A stretch of DNA of 49,908 nucleotides, taken from NCBI GenBank assembly GCA_032718475.1, contig JAUCBJ010005207.1:1-49908 (forward strand), written 5' to 3'. Below the pieces are notes generated by a model. That model saw only the letters and a program-made list of their open reading frames with translations, was not told the origin of the DNA and made no database searches. Positions within the stretch are counted from its first letter, which is position 1; the number at the start of each line of letters is the position of its first letter. Shown piece after piece: positions 36,201 to 49,908 of this stretch. The DNA comes from Nemertoderma westbladi. Taxonomy: Eukaryota; Animalia; Xenacoelomorpha. The translations under genes were made by a program, and so were the position numbers.

Positions 36201-39200
36201 AAGACCGTTAGGGCTTATTAGAAGACCGTTAGGGCTTATTAGAAGACCGTTAGGGCTTATTAGAAGACCGTTAGGGCTTATTAGAAGACAGTTAGGGCTT
36301 ATTAGAACACCGTTAGGACTTATTAGAAGACCGTTAGGGAATATTAGAAGACCGTTAGGGCTTATTAGAAGACCGTTAGGGCTTATTAGAAGACCGTTAG
36401 GGCTTATTAGAAGACAGTTAGGGCTTATTAGAAGACAGTTAGGGAATATTAGAAGACCGTTAGGGCTTATTAGAAGACCGTTAGGGCTTATTAGAAGACC
36501 GTTAGGGCTTATTAGAAGACCGTTAGGGCTTATTAGAAGACAGTTAGGGCTTATTAGAAGACCGTTAGGGCTTATTGGAAGACAGTTAGGGCTTATTAGA
36601 AGACCGTTAGGGCTTATTAGAAGACCGTTAGGGAATATTAGAAGACCGTTAGGGCTTATTAGAAGACCGTTAGGGCTTATTAGAAGACCGTTAGGGCTTA
36701 TTAGAAGACAGTTAGGGAATATTAGAAGACCGTTAGGGCTTATTAGAAGACCGTTAGGGCTTATTAGAAGACCGTTAGGGCTTATTAGAAGACCGTTAGG
36801 GCTTATTAGAAGACAGTTAGGGCTTATTAGAAGACCGTTAGGGCTTATTGGAAGACAGTTAGGGCTTATTAGAAGACCGTTAGGGCTTATTAGAAGACCG
36901 TTAGGGAATATTAGAAGACCGTTAGGGCTTATTAGAAGACCGTTAGGGCTTATTAGAAGACCGTTAGGGAATATTAGAAGACCGTTAGGGAATATTAGAA
37001 GACCGTTAGGGCTTATTAGAAGACCGTTAGGGCTTATTAGAAGACCGTTAGGGCTTAATAGAAGACAGTTAGGGCTTATTAGAAGACCGTTAGGGCTTAT
37101 TAGAAGACAGTTAGGGCTTATTAGAAGACAGTTAGGGCTTATTAGAAGACCGTTAGGGCTTAATAGAAGACAGTTAGGGCTTATTAGAAGACCGTTAGGG
37201 CTTATTGGAAGACAGTTAGGGCTTATTAGAAGACCGTTAGGGCTTATTAGAAGACCGTTAGGGCTTAATAGAAGACAGTTAGGGCTTATTAGAAGACCGT
37301 TAGGGCTTATTAGAAGACCGTTAGGGCTTATTAGAAGACCGTTAGGACTTATTAGAAGACCGTTAGGGAATATTAGAAGACCGTTAGGGCTTATTAGAAG
37401 ACCGTTAGGGAATATTAGAAGACCGTTAGGGCTTATTAGAAGACCGTTAGGGCTTATTAGAAGACAGTTAGGGCTTATTGGAAGACCGTTAGGGCTTATT
37501 AGAAGACAGTTAGGGCTTATTAGAAGACAGTTAGGGCTTATTAGAAGACCGTTAGGGCTTATTGGAAGACAGTTAGGGCTTATTAGAAGACCGTTAGGGC
37601 TTATTAGAAGACCGTTAGGGCTTAATAGAAGACAGTTAGGGCTTATTAGAAGACCGTTAGGACTTATTAGAAGACCGTTAGGGAATATTAGAAGACCGTT
37701 AGGGCTTATTAGAAGACAGTTAGGGCTTATTAGAAGACAGTTAGGGCTTATTAGAAGACTATTAGGGCTTATTGGAAGACAGTTAGGGCTTATTAGAAGA
37801 CCGTTAGGGCTTATTAGAAGACCGTTAGGGCTTAATAGAAGACAGTTAGGGCTTATTAGAAGACAGTTAGGGCTTATTAGAAGACAGTTAGGGCTTATTA
37901 GAAGACCGTTAGGGCTTATTAGAAGACCGTTAGGGCTTATTGGAAGACAGTTAGGGCTTATTAGAAGACCGTTAGGGCTTATTAGAAGACCGTTAGGGCT
38001 TAATAGAAGACAGTTAGGGCTTATTAGAAGACCGTTAGGGCTTATTGGAAGACAGTTAGGGCTTATTAGAAGACCGTTAGGGCTTATTAGAAGACCGTTA
38101 GGGCTTAATAGAAGACAGTTAGGGCTTATTAGAAGACCGTTAGGGCTTATTAGAAGACCGTTAGGGCTTATTAGAAGACCGTTAGGACTTATTAGAAGAC
38201 CGTTAGGGAATATTAGAAGACCGTTAGGGCTTATTAGAAGACCGTTAGGGAATATTAGAAGACCGTTAGGGCTTATTAGAAGACCGTTAGGGCTTATTAG
38301 AAGACCGTTAGGGCTTATTAGAAGACAGTTAGGGCTTATTAGAAGACAGTTAGGGAATATTAGAAGACCGTTAGGGCTTATTAGAAGACCGTTAGGGCTT
38401 ATTAGAAGACCGTTAGGGCTTATTAGAAGACAGTTAGGGCTTATTAGAAGACCGTTAGGGCTTATTGGAAGACAGTTAGGGCTTATTAGAAGACCGTTAG
38501 GGCTTATTAGAAGACCGTTAGGGAATATTAGAAGACCGTTAGGGCTTATTAGAAGACCGTTAGGGCTTATTAGAACACCGTTAGGACTTATTAGAAGACC
38601 GTTAGGGAATATTAGAAGACCGTTAGGGCTTATTAGAAGACCGTTAGGGCTTATTAGAAGACCGTTAGGGCTTATTAGAAGACAGTTAGGGCTTATTAGA
38701 ACACCGTTAGGACTTATTAGAAGACCGTTAGGGAATATTAGAAGACCGTTAGGGCTTATTAGAAGACCGTTAGGGCTTATTAGAAGACCGTTAGGGCTTA
38801 TTAGAAGACAGTTAGGGCTTATTAGAAGACAGTTAGGGAATATTAGAAGACCGTTAGGGCTTATTAGAAGACCGTTAGGGCTTATTAGAAGACCGTTAGG
38901 GCTTATTAGAAGACCGTTAGGGCTTATTAGAAGACAGTTAGGGCTTATTAGAAGACCGTTAGGGCTTATTGGAAGACAGTTAGGGCTTATTAGAAGACCG
39001 TTAGGGCTTATTAGAAGACCGTTAGGGAATATTAGAAGACCGTTAGGGCTTATTAGAAGACCGTTAGGGCTTATTAGAAGACCGTTAGGGCTTATTAGAA
39101 GACAGTTAGGGAATATTAGAAGACCGTTAGGGCTTATTAGAAGACCGTTAGGGCTTATTAGAAGACCGTTAGGGCTTATTAGAAGACCGTTAGGGCTTAT

Positions 39201-42200
39201 TAGAAGACAGTTAGGGCTTATTAGAAGACCGTTAGGGCTTATTGGAAGACAGTTAGGGCTTATTAGAAGACCGTTAGGGCTTATTAGAAGACCGTTAGGG
39301 AATATTAGAAGACCGTTAGGGCTTATTAGAAGACCGTTAGGGCTTATTAGAAGACCGTTAGGGAATATTAGAAGACCGTTAGGGAATATTAGAAGACCGT
39401 TAGGGCTTATTAGAAGACCGTTAGGGCTTATTAGAAGACCGTTAGGGCTTATTAGAAGACAGTTAGGGCTTATTAGAAGACCGTTAGGGCTTATTGGAAG
39501 ACAGTTAGGGCTTATTAGAAGACCGTTAGGGCTTATTAGAAGACCGTTAGGGCTTATTAGAAGACCGTTAGGGCTTATTAGAAGACCGTTAGGGCTTATT
39601 AGAAGACCGTTAGGGCTTATTAGAAGACAGTTAGGGCTTATTAGAAGACCGTTAGGGAATATTAGAAGACCGTTAGGGCTTATTAGAAGACCGTTAGGGC
39701 TTATTAGAAGACAGTTAGGGCTTATTAGAAGACAGTTAGGGCTTATTAGAAGACCGTTAGGGCTTATTGGAAGACAGTTAGGGCTTATTAGAAGACCGTT
39801 AGGGCTTATTAGAAGACCGTTAGGGCTTATTAGAAGACAGTTAGGGCTTATTAGAAGACAGTTAGGGCTTATTAGAAGACCATTAGGGCTTATTAGAAGA
39901 CCATTAGGGCTTATTAGAAGACAGTTAGGGCTTATTTTAAGACAGTTAGGGCTTATTAGAAGACAGTTAGGGCTTATTGGAAGACAGTTAGGGCTTATTG
40001 GAAGACAGTTAGGGCTTATTAGAAAACAGTTAGGGCTTATTAGAAGACAGTTAGGGCTTATTAGAAGACAGTTAGGGCTTAATAGAAGACAGTTAGGGCT
40101 TATTAGAAGACCGTTAGGGCTTATTGGAAGACAGTTAGGGCTTATTAGAAGACCGTTAGGGCTTATTAGAAGACCGTTAGGGCTTATTAGAAGACAGTTA
40201 GGGCTTATTAGAAGACAGTTAGGGCTTATTAGAAGACCGTTAGGGCTTATTGGAAGACAGTTAGGGCTTATTAGAAGACCGTTAGGGCTTATTAGAAGAC
40301 CGTTAGGGCTTATTAGAAGACAGTTAGGGCTTATTAGAAGACAGTTAGGGCTTATTAGAAGACCGTTAGGGCTTATTAGAAGACCGTTAGGGCTTATTAG
40401 AAGACAGTTAGGGCTTATTAGAAGACAGTTAGGGCTTATTAGAAGACCATTAGGGCTTATTAGAAGACCATTAGGGCTTATTAGAAGACCATTAGGGCTT
40501 ATTAGAAGACAGTTAGGGCTTATTAGAAGACCGTTAGGGCTTATTAGAAGACAGTTAGGGCTTATTAGAAGACCGTTAGGGCTTATTAGAAGACCGTTAG
40601 GGAATATTAGAAGACCGTTAGGGCTTATTAGAAGACCGTTAGGGCTTATTAGAAGACCGTTAGGGCTTATTAGAAGACCGTTAGGGCTTATTAGAAGACA
40701 GTTAGGGCTTATAAGAAGACCGTTAGGGCTTATTGGAAGACCGTTAGGGCTTATTAGAAGACCGTTAGGGCTTATTAGAAGACAGTTAGGGCTTATTAGA
40801 AAACAGTTAGGGCTTATTAGAAGACCGTTAGGATTTATTAGAAGACCGTTAGGGCTTATTGGAAGACCGTTAGGGCTTATTAGAAGACCGTTAGGGCTTA
40901 TTAGAAGACAGTTAGGGCTTATTAGAAGACCGTTAGGGCTTATTGGAAGACCGTTAGGGCTTATTAGAAGACCGTTAGGGCTTATTAGAAGACAGTTAGG
41001 GCTTATTAGAAAACAGTTAGGGCTTATTAGAAGACCGTTAGGGTTTATTAGAAGACCGTTAGGGCTTATTAGAAGACCGTTAGGGCTTATTAGAAGACCG
41101 TTAGGGCTTATTAGAAGACAGTTAGGGCTTATTAGAAAACAGTTAGGGCTTATTAGAAGACAGTTAGGGCTTATTAGAAGACCGTTAGGGCTTATTGGAA
41201 GACCGTTAGGGCTTATTAGAAGACCGTTAGGGCTTATTAGAAGACAGTTAGGGCTTATTAGAAGACCGTTAGGGCTTATTGGAAGACCGTTAGGGCTTAT
41301 TAGAAGACCGTTAGGGCTTATTAGAAGAGAGTTAGGGCTTATTAGAAAACAGTTAGGGCTTATTAGTAGACCGTTAGGGTTTATTAGAAGACCGTTAGGG
41401 CTTATTAGAAGACCGTTAGGGCTTATTAGAAGACCGTTAGGGCTTATTGGAAGACAGTTAGGGCTTATTAGAAGACCGTTAGGGCTTATTAGAAGACAGT
41501 TAGGGCTTATTAGAAGACAGTTAGGGCTTATTAGAAGACCGTTAGGGCTTATTAGAAGACCGTTAGGGCTTATTAGAAGACCGTTGGGGCTTATTAGAAG
41601 ACAGTTAGGGCTTATTAGAAGACAGTTAGGGCTTATTGGAAGACAGTTAGGGCTTATTAGAAGACCGTTAGGGCTTATTAGAAGACAGTTAGGGCTTATT
41701 AGAAGACAGTTAGGGCTTATTAGAAGACAGTTAGGGCTTATTAGAAGACCGTTAGGGCTTATTGGAAGACAGTTAGGGCTTATTAGAAGACCGTTAGGGC
41801 TTATTAGAAGACAGTTAGGGCTTATTAGAAGACAGTTAGGGCTTATTAGAAGACCGTTAGGGCTTATTAGAAGACCGTTAGGGCTTATTAGAAGACCGTT
41901 GGGGCTTATTAGAAGACAGTTAGGGCTTATTAGAAGACAGTTAGGGCTTATTAGAAGACAGTTAGGGCTTATTAGAAGACCATTAGGGCTTATTAGAAGA
42001 CCATTAGGGCTTATTAGAAGACAGTTAGGGCTTATTAGAAGACAGTTAGGGCTTATTAGAAGACAGTTAGGGCTTATTAGAAGACCGTTAGGGCGTATTA
42101 GAAGACAGTTAGGGCTTATTGGAAGACAGTTAGGGCTTATTAGAAGACCGTTAGGGCTTATTGGAAGACAGTTAGGGCTTATTGGAAGACAGTTAGGGCT

Positions 42201-45200
42201 TATTAGAAGACCGTTGGGGCTTATTAGAAGACAGTTAGGGCTTATTGGAAGACAGTTAGGGCTTATTGGAAGACAGTTAGGGCTTATTAGAAGACCGTTG
42301 GGGCTTATTAGAAGACAGTTAGGGCTTATTAGAAGACAGTTAGGGCTTATTAGAAGACAGTTAGGGCTTATTAGAAGACCAGTTAGGGCTTATTAGAAGA
42401 CAGTTAGGGCTTATTAGAAGACAGTTAGGGCTTATTAGAAGACAGTTAGGGCTTATTAGAAGACCGTTAGGGCTTATTGGAAGACAGTTAGGGCTTATTA
42501 GAAGACAGTTAGGGCTTATTAGAAGACCGTTAGGGCTTATTAGAAGACAGTTAGGGCTTATTAGAAGACCGTTAGGGCTTATTAGAAGACAGTTAGGGCT
42601 TATTAGAAGACAGTTAGGGCTTATTAGAAGACCGTTAGGGCTTATTAGAAGACAGTTAGGGCTTATTAGAAGACAGTTAGGGCTTATTAGAAGACAGTTA
42701 GGGCTTATTAGAAGACCGTTAGGGCTTATTAGAAGACCGTTAGGGCTTATTAGAAGACAGTTAGGGCTTATTAGAAGACAGTTAGGGCTTATTAGAAGAC
42801 AGTTAGGGCTTATTAGAAGACCGTTAGGGCTTATTAGAAGACCGTTAGGGCTTATTAGAAGACCGTTAGGGCTTATTAGAAGACCGTTAGGGCTTATTAG
42901 AAGACAGTTAGGGCTTATTAGAAGACAGTTAGGGCTTATTAGAAGACCGTTAGGGCTTATTAGAAGACAGTTAGGGCTTATTAGAAGACAGTTAGGGCTT
43001 ATTAGAAGACCGTTAGGGCTTATTAGAAGACCGTTAGGGCTTATTAGAAGACAGTTAGGGCTTATTAGAAGACAGTTAGGGCTTATTAGAAGACAGTTAG
43101 GGCTTATTAGAAGACCGTTAGGGCTTATTAGAAGACCGTTAGGGCTTATTAGAAGACCGTTAGGGCTTATTAGAAGACCGTTAGGGCTTATTAGAAGACA
43201 GTTAGGGCTTATTAGAAGACAGTTAGGGCTTATTAGAAGACCGTTAGGGCTTATTAGAAGACAGTTAGGGCTTATTAGAAGACAGTTAGGGCTTATTAGA
43301 AGACAGTTAGGGCTTATTAGAAGACAGTTAGGGCTTATTAGAAGACCGTTAGGGCTTATTAGAAGACCGTTAGGGCTTATTAGAAGACAGTTAGGGCTTA
43401 TTAGAAGACAGTTAGGGCTTATTAGAAGACAGTTAGGGCTTATTAGAAGACCGTTAGGGCTTATTAGAAGACAGTTAGGGCTTATTAGAAGACCGTTAGG
43501 GCTTATTAGAAGACCGTTAGGGCTTATTAGAAGACCGTTAGGGCTTATTAGAAGACAGTTAGGGCTTATTAGAAGACAGTTAGGGCTTATTAGAAGACAG
43601 TTAGGGCTTATTAGAAGACAGTTAGGGCTTATTAGAAGACAGTTAGGGCTTATTAGAAGACAGTTAGGGCTTATTAGAAGACCGTTAGGGCTTATTAGAA
43701 GACCGTTAGGGCTTATTAGAAGACAGTTAGGGCTTATTAGAAGACAGTTAGGGCTTATTAGAAGACCGTTAGGGCTTATTAGAAGACAGTTAGGGCTTAT
43801 TAGAAGACAGTTAGGGCTTATTAGAAGACCGTTAGGGCTTATTAGAAGACCGTTAGGGCTTATTAGAAGACAGTTAGGGCTTATTAGAAGACAGTTAGGG
43901 CTTATTAGAAGACAGTTAGGGCTTATTAGAAGACCGTTAGGGCTTATTAGAAGACAGTTAGGGCTTATTAGAAGACCGTTAGGGCTTATTAGAAGACAGT
44001 TAGGGCTTATTAGAAGACCGTTAGGGCTTATTAGAAGACAGTTAGGGCTTATTAGAAGACAGTTAGGGCTTATTAGAAGACCGTTAGGGCTTATTAGAAG
44101 ACAGTTAGGGCTTATTAGAAGACAGTTAGGGCTTATTAGAAGACAGTTAGGGCTTATTAGAAGACCGTTAGGGCTTATTAGAAGACCGTTAGGGCTTATT
44201 AGAAGACAGTTAGGGCTTATTAGAAGACAGTTAGGGCTTATTAGAAGACAGTTAGGGCTTATTAGAAGACCGTTAGGGCTTATTAGAAGACCGTTAGGGC
44301 TTATTAGAAGACCGTTAGGGCTTATTAGAAGACCGTTAGGGCTTATTAGAAGACAGTTAGGGCTTATTAGAAGACAGTTAGGGCTTATTAGAAGACCGTT
44401 AGGGCTTATTAGAAGACAGTTAGGGCTTATTAGAAGACCGTTAGGGCTTATTAGAAGACCGTTAGGGCTTATTAGAAGACAGTTAGGGCTTATTAGAAGA
44501 CAGTTAGGGCTTATTAGAAGACAGTTAGGGCTTATTAGAAGACCGTTAGGGCTTATTAGAAGACCGTTAGGGCTTATTAGAAGACCGTTAGGGCTTATTA
44601 GAAGACCGTTAGGGCTTATTAGAAGACAGTTAGGGCTTATTAGAAGACAGTTAGGGCTTATTAGAAGACAGTTAGGGCTTATTAGAAGACAGTTAGGGCT
44701 TATTAGAAGACAGTTAGGGCTTATTAGAAGACCGTTAGGGCTTATTAGAAGACCGTTAGGGCTTATTAGAAGACCGTTAGGGCTTATTAGAAGACCGTTA
44801 GGGCTTATTAGAAGACCGTTAGGGCTTATTAGAAGACCGTTAGGGCTTATTAGAAGACAGTTAGGGCTTATTAGAAGACAGTTAGGGCTTATTAGAAGAC
44901 CGTTAGGGCTTATTAGAAGACAGTTAGGGCTTATTAGAAGACCGTTAGGGCTTATTAGAAGACCGTTAGGGCTTATTAGAAGACAGTTAGGGCTTATTAG
45001 AAGACAGTTAGGGCTTATTAGAAGACAGTTAGGGCTTATTAGAAGACAGTTAGGGCTTATTAGAAGACCGTTAGGGCTTATTAGAAGACCGTTAGGGCTT
45101 ATTAGAAGACCGTTAGGGCTTATTAGAAGACCGTTAGGGCTTATTAGAAGACAGTTAGGGCTTATTAGAAGACAGTTAGGGCTTATTAGAAGACAGTTAG

Positions 45201-48200
45201 GGCTTATTAGAAGACAGTTAGGGCTTATTAGAAGACCGTTAGGGCTTATTAGAAGACCGTTAGGGCTTATTAGAAGACAGTTAGGGCTTATTAGAAGACA
45301 GTTAGGGCTTATTAGAAGACAGTTAGGGCTTATTAGAAGACCGTTAGGGCTTATTAGAAGACAGTTAGGGCTTATTAGAAGACCGTTAGGGCTTATTAGA
45401 AGACCGTTAGGGCTTATTAGAAGACCGTTAGGGCTTATTAGAAGACCGTTAGGGCTTATTAGAAGACAGTTAGGGCTTATTAGAAGACAGTTAGGGCTTA
45501 TTAGAAGACCGTTAGGGCTTATTAGAAGACAGTTAGGGCTTATTAGAAGACAGTTAGGGCTTATTAGAAGACCGTTAGGGCTTATTAGAAGACCGTTAGG
45601 GCTTATTAGAAGACCGTTAGGGCTTATTAGAAGACAGTTAGGGCTTATTAGAAGACAGTTAGGGCTTATTAGAAGACAGTTAGGGCTTATTAGAAGACCG
45701 TTAGGGCTTATTAGAAGACAGTTAGGGCTTATTAGAAGACAGTTAGGGCTTATTAGAAGACAGTTAGGGCTTATTAGAAGACAGTTAGGGCTTATTAGAA
45801 GACAGTTAGGGCTTATTAGAAGACCGTTAGGGCTTATTAGAAGACAGTTAGGGCTTATTAGAAGACCGTTAGGGCTTATTAGAAGACCGTTAGGGCTTAT
45901 TAGAAGACAGTTAGGGCTTATTAGAAGACAGTTAGGGCTTATTAGAAGACCGTTAGGGCTTATTAGAAGACAGTTAGGGCTTATTAGAAGACAGTTAGGG
46001 CTTATTAGAAGACCGTTAGGGCTTATTAGAAGACCGTTAGGGCTTATTAGAAGACAGTTAGGGCTTATTAGAAGACAGTTAGGGCTTATTAGAAGACAGT
46101 TAGGGCTTATTAGAAGACCGTTAGGGCTTATTAGAAGACAGTTAGGGCTTATTAGAAGACCGTTAGGGCTTATTAGAAGACCGTTAGGGCTTATTAGAAG
46201 ACCGTTAGGGCTTATTAGAAGACCGTTAGGGCTTATTAGAAGACAGTTAGGGCTTATTAGAAGACAGTTAGGGCTTATTAGAAGACCGTTAGGGCTTATT
46301 AGAAGACCGTTAGGGCTTATTAGAAGACAGTTAGGGCTTATTAGAAGACCGTTAGGGCTTATTAGAAGACCGTTAGGGCTTATTAGAAGACCGTTAGGGC
46401 TTATTAGAAGACAGTTAGGGCTTATTAGAAGACAGTTAGGGCTTATTAGAAGACCGTTAGGGCTTATTAGAAGACAGTTAGGGCTTATTAGAAGACAGTT
46501 AGGGCTTATTAGAAGACCGTTAGGGCTTATTAGAAGACCGTTAGGGCTTATTAGAAGACCGTTAGGGCTTATTAGAAGACAGTTAGGGCTTATTAGAAGA
46601 CAGTTAGGGCTTATTAGAAGACAGTTAGGGCTTATTAGAAGACAGTTAGGGCTTATTAGAAGACAGTTAGGGCTTATTAGAAGACCGTTAGGGCTTATTA
46701 GAAGACAGTTAGGGCTTATTAGAAGACCGTTAGGGCTTATTAGAAGACCGTTAGGGCTTATTAGAAGACAGTTAGGGCTTATTAGAAGACAGTTAGGGCT
46801 TATTAGAAGACAGTTAGGGCTTATTAGAAGACCGTTAGGGCTTATTAGAAGACAGTTAGGGCTTATTAGAAGACAGTTAGGGCTTATTAGAAGACCGTTA
46901 GGGCTTATTAGAAGACCGTTAGGGCTTATTAGAAGACAGTTAGGGCTTATTAGAAGACAGTTAGGGCTTATTAGAAGACAGTTAGGGCTTATTAGAAGAC
47001 CGTTAGGGCTTATTAGAAGACAGTTAGGGCTTATTAGAAGACCGTTAGGGCTTATTAGAAGACCGTTAGGGCTTATTAGAAGACCGTTAGGGCTTATTAG
47101 AAGACAGTTAGGGCTTATTAGAAGACAGTTAGGGCTTATTAGAAGACCGTTAGGGCTTATTAGAAGACAGTTAGGGCTTATTAGAAGACAGTTAGGGCTT
47201 ATTAGAAGACCGTTAGGGCTTATTAGAAGACCGTTAGGGCTTATTAGAAGACAGTTAGGGCTTATTAGAAGACAGTTAGGGCTTATTAGAAGACAGTTAG
47301 GGCTTATTAGAAGACCGTTAGGGCTTATTAGAAGACAGTTAGGGCTTATTAGAAGACCGTTAGGGCTTATTAGAAGACAGTTAGGGCTTATTAGAAGACC
47401 GTTAGGGCTTATTAGAAGACAGTTAGGGCTTATTAGAAGACAGTTAGGGCTTATTAGAAGACCGTTAGGGCTTATTAGAAGACAGTTAGGGCTTATTAGA
47501 AGACAGTTAGGGCTTATTAGAAGACAGTTAGGGCTTATTAGAAGACAGTTAGGGCTTATTAGAAGACCGTTAGGGCTTATTAGAAGACAGTTAGGGCTTA
47601 TTAGAAGACAGTTAGGGCTTATTAGAAGACAGTTAGGGCTTATTAGAAGACCGTTAGGGCTTATTAGAAGACCGTTAGGGCTTATTAGAAGACCGTTAGG
47701 GCTTATTAGAAGACCGTTAGGGCTTATTAGAAGACAGTTAGGGCTTATTAGAAGACAGTTAGGGCTTATTAGAAGACAGTTAGGGCTTATTAGAAGACAG
47801 TTAGGGCTTATTAGAAGACCGTTAGGGCTTATTAGAAGACCGTTAGGGCTTATTAGAAGACAGTTAGGGCTTATTAGAAGACAGTTAGGGCTTATTAGAA
47901 GACAGTTAGGGCTTATTAGAAGACCGTTAGGGCTTATTAGAAGACAGTTAGGGCTTATTAGAAGACCGTTAGGGCTTATTAGAAGACAGTTAGGGCTTAT
48001 TAGAAGACCGTTAGGGCTTATTAGAAGACCGTTAGGGCTTATTAGAAGACAGTTAGGGCTTATTAGAAGACAGTTAGGGCTTATTAGAAGACCGTTAGGG
48101 CTTATTAGAAGACAGTTAGGGCTTATTAGAAGACAGTTAGGGCTTATTAGAAGACAGTTAGGGCTTATTAGAAGACCGTTAGGGCTTATTAGAAGACCGT

Positions 48201-49908
48201 TAGGGCTTATTAGAAGACAGTTAGGGCTTATTAGAAGACAGTTAGGGCTTATTAGAAGACAGTTAGGGCTTATTAGAAGACCGTTAGGGCTTATTAGAAG
48301 ACAGTTAGGGCTTATTAGAAGACCGTTAGGGCTTATTAGAAGACCGTTAGGGCTTATTAGAAGACCGTTAGGGCTTATTAGAAGACCGTTAGGGCTTATT
48401 AGAAGACAGTTAGGGCTTATTAGAAGACAGTTAGGGCTTATTAGAAGACCGTTAGGGCTTATTAGAAGACAGTTAGGGCTTATTAGAAGACAGTTAGGGC
48501 TTATTAGAAGACCGTTAGGGCTTATTAGAAGACAGTTAGGGCTTATTAGAAGACCGTTAGGGCTTATTAGAAGACAGTTAGGGCTTATTAGAAGACAGTT
48601 AGGGCTTATTAGAAGACAGTTAGGGCTTATTAGAAGACCGTTAGGGCTTATTAGAAGACAGTTAGGGCTTATTAGAAGACAGTTAGGGCTTATTAGAAGA
48701 CAGTTAGGGCTTATTAGAAGACAGTTAGGGCTTATTAGAAGACAGTTAGGGCTTATTAGAAGACAGTTAGGGCTTATTAGAAGACCGTTAGGGCTTATTA
48801 GAAGACAGTTAGGGCTTATTAGAAGACAGTTAGGGCTTATTAGAAGACCGTTAGGGCTTATTAGAAGACCGTTAGGGCTTATTAGAAGACAGTTAGGGCT
48901 TATTAGAAGACCGTTAGGGCTTATTAGAAGACCGTTAGGGCTTATTAGAAGACAGTTAGGGCTTATTAGAAGACAGTTAGGGCTTATTAGAAGACCGTTA
49001 GGGCTTATTAGAAGACAGTTAGGGCTTATTAGAAGACAGTTAGGGCTTATTAGAAGACAGTTAGGGCTTATTAGAAGACCGTTAGGGCTTATTAGAAGAC
49101 CGTTAGGGCTTATTAGAAGACAGTTAGGGCTTATTAGAAGACCGTTAGGGCTTATTAGAAGACCGTTAGGGCTTATTAGAAGACAGTTAGGGCTTATTAG
49201 AAGACAGTTAGGGCTTATTAGAAGACAGTTAGGGCTTATTAGAAGACAGTTAGGGCTTATTAGAAGACCGTTAGGGCTTATTAGAAGACAGTTAGGGCTT
49301 ATTAGAAGACCGTTAGGGCTTATTAGAAGACAGTTAGGGCTTATTAGAAGACAGTTAGGGCTTATTAGAAGACCGTTAGGGCTTATTAGAAGACAGTTAG
49401 GGCTTATTAGAAGACAGTTAGGGCTTATTAGAAGACCGTTAGGGCTTATTAGAAGACCGTTAGGGCTTATTAGAAGACAGTTAGGGCTTATTAGAAGACA
49501 GTTAGGGCTTATTAGAAGACCGTTAGGGCTTATTAGAAGACCGTTAGGGCTTATTAGAAGACCGTTAGGGCTTATTAGAAGACCGTTAGGGCTTATTAGA
49601 AGACAGTTAGGGCTTATTAGAAGACAGTTAGGGCTTATTAGAAGACAGTTAGGGCTTATTAGAAGACCGTTAGGGCTTATTAGAAGACCGTTAGGGCTTA
49701 TTAGAAGACAGTTAGGGCTTATTAGAAGACAGTTAGGGCTTATTAGAAGACCGTTAGGGCTTATTAGAAGACCGTTAGGGCTTATTAGAAGACCGTTAGG
49801 GCTTATTAGAAGACAGTTAGGGCTTATTAGAAGACAGTTAGGGCTTATTAGAAGACAGTTAGGGCTTATTAGAAGACAGTTAGGGCTTATTAGAAGACAG
49901 TTAGGGCT
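33290..49908 (+). repeat. 21-bp TTAGGG-containing satellite or telomere-like array, ~790 copies, running to the window end
   Basis: The unit is TTATTAGAAGAC(A/C)GTTAGGGC. Confidence 0.98.

Noticed and set aside
33223-42396. 3057-aa ORF (GLIRRPL)n
   Set aside because: It is the stop-free frame of a 21-bp satellite, with no ATG start and no domain. It ends at a single 22-bp unit while the array continues.

Overview
This window is eukaryotic (metazoan-like) genomic DNA, about 65% of it tandem repeat by my manual count. Two spliced genes are visible: the first coding exon of an ABCF1-like ATPase (minus strand, 2811-1978) and ten exons encoding the C-terminal part of O-GlcNAcase (OGA/MGEA5; plus strand, 4081-28868). 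The OGA 5' exons are not visible, and one OGA exon carries a 1-nt frameshift. Introns and flanks contain two decayed LINE RT fragments, a small family of HINE/Helentron-like elements, a TTAA-flanked piggyBac-like non-autonomous element and eleven minisatellite arrays. The main pattern is that several arrays are locally amplified junctions. Three are tandem copies of an exon end plus its 5' splice site (about 69, 41 and 7 copies), one exon has a duplicated 3' splice site, and two arrays are made of LINE coding sequence. The last 16.6 kb is a 21-bp TTAGGG-containing array that becomes a pure two-variant repeat distally, so it is a candidate unusual telomere or subtelomere. All long ORFs over the arrays are repeat artefacts. 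Gene calls rest on recalled similarity to known proteins, and no searches were run.
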